From NCBI GenBank assembly GCA_028534125.1, contig CM052817.1, positions 70,744,001-70,808,000 of the forward strand: DNA of 64,000 nt. The letters run 5' to 3'. Made by a program: the position numbers and the translations under genes. Numbering within the stretch: position 1 is the first letter of the stretch; every line of letters begins with the position of its first letter. The stretch is from Lama glama. Its lineage: Eukaryota. The notes under the pieces were generated by a model that worked only from the letters and a program-made list of their open reading frames with translations, searched no databases and had not been told where the DNA came from. Of this stretch, positions 54,845 through 64,000 are shown piece after piece.

Positions 54845-55203
54845 TTTTTAAATTGATGCATAATTGACTTACAATATTATATCAGTTTCAGGTTTACAAC
54901 ATAGTGATTCAATATTTTTATACACTACAAATGATCATCACAGTAAGTCTAGTTACAATCTGTCACCATACAAAACTATCACAATATTAGTGACTATATT
55001 TTCTATGCTGTACATTACATGCCTGTGACTTATTTACTTTAAGTTTGTACCTCTCAATCCCTTTTATCTATTACACCCACCCTCTACCCTCTCCCCTTTG
55101 GCAACTACCAGTTTGTTCTCTGTATCTATGAGTGTGTTTCTGTTTTGTTATGTTTGTTCATTTGTTTTGTTTTTTAGATTTCACATGTAAGTGAAATCAT
55201 ACA
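54845..55203 (-). mobile_element. L1 3' end (L1MA9-like/laurasiatherian)
   Basis: TAATTGACTTACAATATTATATCAGTTTCAGGTTTACAACATAGTGATTC...TTTGGCAACTACCAGTTTGTTCTCTGTATCTATGAG...TAGATTTCACATGTAAGTGAAATCATAC. Confidence 0.9.
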
Positions 55204-55507
55204 ATTGTTTACTCTTGAGATTGTATTTCTTGACTGAAGCTTTGAAATTGCAAATTATGTTCTCTATTCATTTATTAATTTAATATTTCCAATTGTGCTA
55301 GCTCTGCAAATGCAAGGGGAAACTGTTATTAGATATTAATCCCTGCTTTCTTGACTTCTATTTTGGTTGGCTGAAAATTAATTAGATATGACCTGCAAAA
55401 AGATAAATTTGAAATCTTTTCAAAAGGTTTTTAACTTGGCATAAGTAGTTTCTACGAATGTCAATAGATGTTATTATTTAGTACTTAGTAAAAAATAATA
55501 TATTGTT

Positions 55508-55600
55508 TTCACAACATGGTGAATATACAAAATGCCACTGGACTATATGCATTAAAATGATTAATTTTTTCTTATGTGAATTTTATCTCAGTGAAAAAAT
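55508..55600 (+). mobile_element. L1M 3' tip
   Basis: CACAACATGGTGAATATACAAAATGCCACTGGACTATATGCATTAAAATG...TTATGTGAATTTTATCTCA. Confidence 0.75.
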
Positions 55601-57032
55601 ACATGAATGTTAACAGGGATCATTTCTGTCCCACTGAAATTTACTTACAAATTAATAAAAGTTCTAACGAATGATGTCTTCCTAATCATAAAGAACCTTC
55701 TAGAATTGCTATTTCAAGGCTCTTCTCAGACACACTAGACAGTTGGCATTTGCTTCATCAACTCTTCTGCAATAATATAAATTACCTTAACTACTGAGTA
55801 ACCACAGAAAAAATATTTTATATCCATTAGAGTCTCAGTATTACTGTTTCACTAAAATTTGTTGGTGAAGTAATTTATGTAAGATAGATATAGATATTTT
55901 TCCCAGTAACTTGATTTTTTAAAAATTCTTAATTCTCCTGAAAAACAAAATCTAGCAACAACATCAAAAATTCTTTAGTTAGTATCAACCAGTTCCAAGA
56001 AGCTCTAGGAATCCTAGATATATTGGAAATAAAATCTCGAACTCTTGGGATACACAAACCAACATTCTCTGACTTACCTTTCAATTACTTCAAAGCTGGC
56101 TAATCTCTCACTGATTCTTAGAATCTTTAATGTTTCTAAACTTGCTCTGGACATATGACTATGCTCTTATCTGATCTAACTATGACAGGCAATATAGGCC
56201 AAGACTTTAAAAATGATTCCTATCTGGCAGATAATGCTAACTCGGCCTGCACAAGAAGGTATTCATTACAATGAATTGTCTGTACTGAAAATTCTGACAT
56301 CTAGGCTGATTGTTAAACTTCCACTTAACTGAATGTTTGACTAGATCTAGCCCAATATTCCCTAATGATGTTCCTAGATGAAACATATGTGTTTAGAAGA
56401 ACTGCAGTTTCAAGTTTACCAATTCTCTATATGAATAGGTAATTTTGAGAGAAAGTATGACTTTTAAATCAAAAGGAAGTGAGGAATTAAAACCCCAAAG
56501 TGTGTCAACTTAAGCAAAGTATACCAAAAGTTTCTTTTTTAAATTAACTTCTCTACTCTTGAGATTTCAATCAGAGGAAATCCATTCTATCTTTTAGATA
56601 CTGTCTTTCTTTAGTGGACAGGAGAAGGACCTGGCAAATGTATCATTAACCAGCAAGGGGAAAAAGATGATCCTATTATACCCTCTCTTAGTCTCTATAT
56701 TTATCCTCCGTATACTTAGATCTTTCTGACCACAAAGGAAACTGATATTACTCAAGGTATTTAAAGCGAGGCAGAGAAGATGTTCATGATGTTAAGTATA
56801 TTCATAATATTAAAGTTTCTCTTCTTAAGCAACTCTGGTCAAGGGAGCAGAAATCTAATCAAATTTTACAGTACTTAAAGATAAGAGTCACTTGGCACCC
56901 TGGTTTCCACTATTCAGAAACAATTCTTTTCCTTCTTCTACAAGAACACTACAGAAACCAAGAAAGAGAAACAGACAAGTTGTCTGACCTCCCTTGTTAT
57001 CCCTCAGGCAATTGGGGAAAAGCAACACATAC

Positions 57033-57102
57033 CTCGGTTTCCAATTTATCATTCAATTTTCACAGTCATAAACTACTTCTCAGGCTTTAAAACAACAGGA
57101 TT
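57033..57102 (-). other. Candidate short non-coding exon (70 nt, or 52 nt from the inner acceptor)
   Basis: Acceptors GTGTCCTTTTAG| and GTTGTTTTAAAG|; donor GAG|GTATGT. Confidence 0.3.
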
Positions 57103-58080
57103 CTAAAAGGACACTGTAAGGCACTTAAATTCCAGTAACTGAACTCAGATGTATGAGACAATTTAAAATCTTTATAAAAACTTCCTGTTTCAGAATTCCC
57201 TAAAATGGAATCCTAGAAAATCTGTGCACCAAAATGCTACAGAAATAAGGTTAAAATAAATGCACCAAACATATCTCTAAAAAGTCTTGGTCCCTGGTAG
57301 ACAATCAATAAATCTTTTGAAGGTGTCTTAGGTTATACCCTGTCTTTGCTAATCAATTAATTTTGGTTGTGAATGTTCAATATCAATTATTATCACCTAA
57401 TCTATCACAGATTATCAACAGACCAACAGAACAATTCAGTTGTTGAAAGTTCTATTTTGTTCACTCAAGCTGAATGAATTTTCCTAAGACGTCAGTACAT
57501 TCAGGAGGTTGGTTAAGCCAGGCACCATCACATAAGTATGCTAGATATGATACATAAACAGGAAAATTAGCAAATGCTTTTGAACAAACTGAATCACAGC
57601 AAACAAAAGGCAAAGGCAAAGACGACAAAGCAGAAACAAAGTGCTTAAAGAAAAACCATGGTTTTGGCACTGATCCAGAAGAAAAACAAAAACTGTCTAT
57701 TAGGTACACAGTCAGAGTAGGGCCATTTGTCAAGAGACTGTAGGAACAAACTCTAAGTGGCTGTCTTACATGTCTCAAGAGGTAGAACTGAGCTGATGCT
57801 GTCAACTGCCGGTGCTGTAGTTCCAATCTCAGGAGCTCTAATTTGACCCTCCTGAGAAAGAATTCCAATTAGAAACATATAAAGGAAGCCATTTAGACAT
57901 GGTGCTTTGGGACAAGTCTGACCCAGTGTGTCAATGTCAACTGAAACAAAAAACTAAAGGAACTTTCTCAAGCATGTTGTCTATTCTAGATAAAAGCTAA
58001 GGACCTCTGAGACCCAGCTTTTGAAGTAGGCCTCCCCGGACTAGAATGAGGACAACTAAAATACTGAAAGCTGGCTTGCC

Positions 58081-58102
58081 TTTTTTTTTTTTTTTTTTTT
58101 TT
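58081..58102. repeat. Poly(T)22
   Basis: Directly visible. Confidence 0.95.
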
Positions 58103-58528
58103 GCCATGTCTGCCTGGTATGCCTTATAAAAACTGAGGAGTACCACAGCAAGCTATGTGTCATATTCTAGCAAAATTAGCTAGTTAAAAATGTTTAACTC
58201 TTAATGGTCAAACAGCAAGCTATGAAGAGTATTTATCTGTAAGTGATTTTAAATCTGGCTTCCCATGTAGACTTGCCATCACTGACAATTCCTTTTGGAA
58301 TTGCCTCAAATCTCTACTATGTTGGTATTACATCAACTACAAAGCAAACTGATCTGTAGAGATACAAAAACTAGGGTCTGTTTGGGGATTTAAGAGGGTA
58401 AGAGGTATGGGAAAAAAAGGATAATTTAGAATTTCAACTGTAAATCACACAGAAACAAGAAAATAGAATGAAACAAAATAAAAATTCACTCTGTTTTATC
58501 CAGTTTTTATTGCCAGTGAACCACAGAT

Positions 58529-58676
58529 CAAGGGTTCTTGCAGTCCAGCAAGCCTTTGAACCTCCTAAGATTACATGCAAAAAATTTTGCATATGCACTT
58601 TTCTCTGTGTATAGGCACCATAGCTTTCACCAGGTTTTCAAAGGAGTCTGTGACCCAGTAAATTTAGTAGCCACTG
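58529..58676 (+). mobile_element. MER103-like hAT MITE
   Basis: TGCAAAAAATTTTG...CCATAGCTTTCACCAGGTTTTCAAAGGAGTCTGTGACCC...CCACTG. Confidence 0.75.
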
Positions 58677-60073
58677 CTCTTATTTACTCTGCTTTGCATG
58701 TGGATTCTAGCTACCTCTGATAATATCTAGAGCACCTGTTTCATTTTTGACCTAAGCTTGACAAAAGCAAAAGCATCTGGCAGACAAGTGCACAAGATCT
58801 CGTGCAAGATCATGAGCCTACAGTCAATTTTCTTACACGTAGCTCCTGAATTTGAAGAACTTCAAGGGCACTGCCAGGGAGGGCCAAGTGATTAGAGGAA
58901 ACTAGGAGCCATATATTATGGATATTCCCAGTTGATGAAGAAATCAAGATAAAAGTTCACAACATGAATTTTCACTCAATAAAAATTACTGGGATTTTTA
59001 AAAAGCCCCTTTCTTCGAGATCAAGTCTCAATTGAAAATATAAGTTAAGACAACTAAAATCCAAAGAGCATACTCCAGCAAGATCATAACCATTTTCAAT
59101 TAACTCAGCTCAGGAAACTGTCCTTGGCAGATGACCTCCAGAGTATAGTGCAGACAGTCAAGTTGTTCCATAATTTAGTCAACGAAACAAGTCGTGGTGC
59201 TTCCTGTGGGGTTTCCCCAATATATTCACTTGTACTATTTCATAACTCCTCAAGGGAATCTTGAAGACAGTATGTACAACGTGTTTTAACTTCCCTAAAG
59301 AAAGGTGGCCATAAATTCCAAAGCATTTTAATACTCTTGCTGCTCCTGATATATACTCTTACTTATAATCTGCTGAAGCAAAATAAAACCATTGCTGCAA
59401 TTTTATTTCATATTTATTTTAAAATCACCAATCCTGTCTTGTTAAGAATTTCAAAGGCTACTGGTAACAAGACAACCATGTAGTATAAAAAAATACATCT
59501 TTTACAAGTCCCGCAGCCTGTTCCTGCCCAAGAGGAGCAGTCGCTGACACCTGAAGCCAGCCTGTTGGCACTGAGCACACAGTCCCATGGCCACTGCTGC
59601 TGAGCATGGCGTGGAGCGTCGTGCCTTGCCCGGCACCAAAGCACACACAGGATCAAAGGCATGCACATAACTGGCATGCCATCATCTACAGCGCTAAAGC
59701 CCCTGAATGCTTCTATATAAAACTACATGGATGTTGACAAACCACCTGTTGGACTAAAGAAAAAAATAAATTGTGCACCACTTTTCCCTATATGCTCATA
59801 TAAAATTTATTCTTTGATTTTTTTCAATGCATATATTCTATTTTAAATGCTTTGCAATATCCAGCCTATGGAAAGTCATGACCATTTAAATTAAGAAAAA
59901 AAAAAGAAAGAAAGAAAGAAAGAGAGAAAAACAAGTTTTAAGTTCCTGCTTATCAAAATGCTTTAAAGCTGTCAGGGAGAGGGGAGGTGGGGCAGGGGAA
60001 CTATCCTTGTTATTTACCAATCTGTGTGCCTTCCTGTGCTTGGCAATGTTTTAAAGTTAATGGGAAAAAAAAA

Positions 60074-60091
60074 CACACACACACACACACA
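60074..60091. repeat. (CA)9 microsatellite
   Basis: Directly visible. Confidence 0.9.
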
Positions 60092-60690
60092 GATGAATTT
60101 TTTTCAATGGCATTGCTAACTCTCCCCACTAAGAGTTTCTAGGAAATACTACCAGAAAGCTGCATTATGCTATACTGCATAGTCTTCTATTTAGAATATG
60201 TTGAATATATAGCACAATGGTAATAAGGCAAGGCAGAAATAAACAGAAAAGACAATTAAACTAGATGTTTATTCACAATTACTGGAATTAAATGTAATCA
60301 GTGGATTCATAGAGGTATGTACATGGTGTTATGCTTCAGTGATTTTTGGAAGGCTTTACAGGGAACAAGCTTTAGAATTCTGAAGAGAATACTCTAAGTT
60401 CTAAAGTTTTAATATGATTTCTTTTGATAGGCAATATCGTCACCTGGTTCAAAATTCAAAAGGAACAAGTGACGATACGGCGGAAATTCCCTTGCCACAC
60501 CTATCCCTAGTCACCTAGTTGTTCTCCCTATAAACATCCAGTGTTAACACAGAGGTTTCTTACAAGACCCAAATACTGCTTCTTTGCTTGATAAAGACTT
60601 AGGCTACCAACAACATTCTCGTAAGTCTATGGTATTTTATTATATATTGGTATAGTATGCATTTTATTGTATAATTAAAAGCAACTCTGT

Positions 60691-60811
60691 CATGTATTAA
60701 TTAGCTAGATAATTTTCATAATGTATATGGATATCAAATCATTGTGATACACACTTTAAATATCTTACAATTTTATTTGTTAACTTTATCTCAATAAAGC
60801 TGAACAAAAAA
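60691..60811 (+). mobile_element. Heavily 5'-truncated L1 (3' tip) with TSD
   Basis: ATCAAATCATTGTGATACACACTTTAAATATCTTACAATTTTATTTG...CTCAATAAAGCTG followed by poly(A); TSD GCAACTCTGT (60681-60690, 60816-60825). Confidence 0.88.
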
Positions 60812-62854
60812 AAATGCAACTCTGTAATAAGAGAAACAATCTAGAAAAATAGACTTCCAGTGTTACAAAATATCAAGTAAAAAATCTTTATTATGTGCTA
60901 AAATTTCTTACAGTACTCCAAAATAGAGAGGAAGATAATGAACAGGAACAAAATAAAAGAAAATATAAAATACATTCTAGATGGAAAAAAGAAAATGGCA
61001 AGAATATCGTAAAAAGTATTCTCTACTATATGGGGCTTTAATTAAATCTAAAGATACTCTTCAAGTCCAACTGAGTATATTACTCAAGTGGCTCTTACTA
61101 CAATCTAACCTAATGTTTCTAATGCTAATAGTGGGGATTCTGATGACAATTTTTAGAAGAAATAAAACATATAATTTATAAAATGAGTCAGTTCTCACTT
61201 TTCTTCATTCTAGAGACATGCATGAGAACACCAAAGTGTGATGGAGAATCCTCTGCTTCCACTTCTCTCACCATCAGCACCAGCTCATCATCCTTTGCTG
61301 GGTCCTTCCCGCTACTGCACTAACTCCCCTCAGGCTTTCTTCTAAACAAATATAATGGCTAACAGTTAAGTAATGGGATAGTATGAAGCAGGGTGTGCAG
61401 TACAGAATAGATGACTGAAAAAGAAAGAGCTATGGAAAGCATTCAATGTGAAGAAAAGGATCAGGAAAAGTACCTAATCTTAGGTATTCCAAATTCATAA
61501 GGCAGGGTTCTGGACCTGGGGGTGGAATGATTGCTGGTTTGCTGTATTATCAACATTGGGAACTAGTGTAGCATTTTGAAAGTGAGGAGTGGAATCCTCA
61601 GGAACAGAAGAAATATTGGTAGGCTAACTGCGAGGGCCATGAAAGGAAGTCATCAGAAACAAACGGAACAAGCTACATAAAATAACGCAATCAGAACAAA
61701 GAGACTGGTAGCAAAGTAGGAATTAAAATTGATTACCAAAGTATAAATGGAAATACATAGTTAAAATCATGCACTTTCAAAGAGGTCAAAGTGTCAAATA
61801 ACAAAAAAAATTGTGAATAAACCAATTTCTCTTAGAATTTGTAAATTAAAAACAAACAAAAAGACATCAGGCTGGAGTGGGAAGAGTGTAATAAAATCAC
61901 GACTACAGTTTAAACACAAGGGTTAAAATCCATGTTGGTTGTTCTAACTAAAGAAATTTACATTGTTTTTCTTAACTTAGGGTCAAGATGTGTCCATGAA
62001 TAAGTAAAGGTCTAAGTGAAAGTATAATTCCGATGCTCGTCTCAGAGCTCCCTGAAAATTGAGCATATGTGTAAAGTCAAAGAGAAGAAAAGAACAGCTT
62101 GCTGGTTCATTTTTAGAAATGTTTGAATCACTAAAATGAAGTCAATCAAACATTTTAAGTTATGTTTATAAATACAGCAAACTATTAGAAGAAAGTAAAA
62201 CTGCCTTGGAAATTGGCCATAATTAACCTAAAATAATAAATATTATCATGAGTTTATGTTAGTCAGTTTTAAGGATGTAGAAGGCAAATTGTCTTCAAAT
62301 TGAAGGTAAAGGAAAGCAGAGGAGATGTCTGCTTATTTCATATTTTTTTAATCTAAGTTTGCCTTGTTGCAGTTGATCGTGGATAAGCCACCTCCGCCCA
62401 AAAGTTCCCTTGTGACCAGGCTCTGTCCATCTGCACAATTTAACACATTTGTTCTAATTACTGCAAGAGTGGCTTATTGTTGGTCCAACAGACAGCCTGT
62501 GAGCCAGAGGTCAGCAGGAAGAGCTGTATGACCCAACCACTGACCCCAAGGGACAGCCAGTGACCTGTTGGCCTGACCTGTAAGTGAGGAAAGAACTAAA
62601 AATTCTCATTAGGATTCACTGTTTTTCAAACTCTGCATTTCAAAAAATAAAGTTTTTACATAAGTGTACCCCCAAATCCTTTTACCATTCTGCATACTAT
62701 ATAGGTGGCTGATTTCCTTTCATTACAATAAATCATTTTATTATATAAACTTAAATATTTTTAGACTCCGGACATTTTATGCAATAGATGAGAAATATTT
62801 ATAATATTTTACATATTTCAACTCCTTTATATGGTTTGCAACTGGAGCATGTTT

Positions 62855-63045
62855 AGTGCTTCTCAGTTAGGGTAATTTTGCCCCCGGGGGATATTTGAAA
62901 AACTCTGGAAACATTGCTTCTCATGAATGAAGGGTGCTACTGGCTTCTAGTGGTTAGAGGCTGAGGACTTCTGCTAAACATTTTACCGTGCACAGCCCTT
63001 CCAAAACAAAGAATTACCCAATCCAAAATGTCAATAGAGACAATG
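62855..63045 (+). mobile_element. MER20 hAT MITE
   Basis: GGTAATTTTGCCCCC...GGGTGCTACTGGCTTCTAGTGGTTAGAGGC...CTGCTAAACAT...ACAAAGAATTACCCAATCCAAAATGTCAATAG. Confidence 0.88.
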
Positions 63046-63439
63046 TAGTTCTAGTTGACAGAAAATCATATTAGTTTTTGTTATCTGATTTGCCTTACAA
63101 CATGGTAAATCAATTCTCTTTTTCTTTAGCCCTAACTATCTATATCAAGTAATAGTATATCATATCTATAACAGAATTACCTGGATTGATTGTTTAAATA
63201 TAAGCTTCCTGAACTCTTGACACTGAATTTGCATTGTTAGGGAAGGGATAAGGGAATTTGTACTTATATCCAGAGCCTACTGCTCCTGCACTCTAAATTT
63301 TAAGATCAAATATTTTCTTCATTTTATATAATAATTTCTTTTCCATACAAATTCCAAAAGTTATGGTCCATTTCCTTACACAATTCAAAAAAAATCATTA
63401 TTCCAGTTACTACATTAATATTAATATTTTAAAGTTATA

Positions 63440-63570
63440 CTGAAGCTAGAAAAGTTGTTGGAGTTCACTTTTAAAACTTATTTTATAGATGGGAAAATTA
63501 AGATGAGAAGTGCCTGAGGTCACAGATCAGTTAGTGACCTAACTAGGGATCTTATGTTAACCAGGATAAA
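63440..63570 (-). mobile_element. MIR fragment
   Basis: ATTTTATAGATGGGAAAATTAAG...GCCTGAGGTCACAG. Confidence 0.6.
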
Positions 63571-63819
63571 GTATGAAGAAGTTGTTTACTTCAAACCTCA
63601 GGCAACAGGTACCATTTTAGTGAACCTTCTCTCTACAGGGCCCTGAAGTTTCCTAGTGGAATCTGCTAGTCATTCCAATACTTTTGTCCAAGACTCTGCA
63701 CATGGGGCTAGGAAAGCAATGTTGAATAGAGAACTTTGAAAAGCACTTGAGAACACATTGAAGACACTACAGAATTCAGTTCAAATTAGCATAACATACT
63801 GCAGTTGATATAAACAAAG

Positions 63820-64000
63820 GCAATTGAAGATATAGCAAAGGAAAGGTACATTAGGAGAGGCTTCTTGTAGAAGGTGAGTCTTTAATCAGAGTCTGAAAGA
63901 TGAACAGGAGAAAAATTAACTAGGAAGTGGTAGAAGATATTTTTATTCAAGGACTGGTATAAGCAAAACCCCAAATTAGAAATTAGCAGATCAAATTGAG
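63820..64000 (-). mobile_element. L2 fragment
   Basis: TAGGAGAGGCTTCTTGTAGAAGGTGAGTCTTTAATCAGAGTCTGAAAGATGAACAGGA. Confidence 0.6.

Overview
AT-rich, CpG-poor mammalian genomic DNA, most likely from a camelid (a tRNA-derived Vic-1-type SINE at 41905-42037, plus artiodactyl-type Tigger1 and L1 elements). No intact host protein-coding exon is recognisable. The only ORF I recognise is a processed RPS29 retrocopy (CDS 52033-52203) with an intact frame, 5' TOP tract, AATAAA and target-site duplication (TSD). The rest is ancient and lineage-specific repeats (L2, MIR, L1, MLT1, MER31 and another ERV1 solo LTR, MER20/33/103, a Tigger1 MITE), a 3'-truncated U2 snRNA retropseudogene and microsatellites. 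Several minus-strand splice-site pairs bound segments with no recognisable protein, and all four LTRs lie on +. Together these suggest the window is inside long introns of a minus-strand transcript (5'UTR or lncRNA exons); I could not identify the gene. I found no convincing new biological system. The best leads are an unexplained 63-nt pre-miRNA-like hairpin (14933-14995), a CpG-retaining RPS29 retrocopy, a templated insertion scar inside an L1, and a dense nuclear-receptor half-site cluster. Repeat family names come from recalled consensus sequences, and boundaries without TSDs are approximate.
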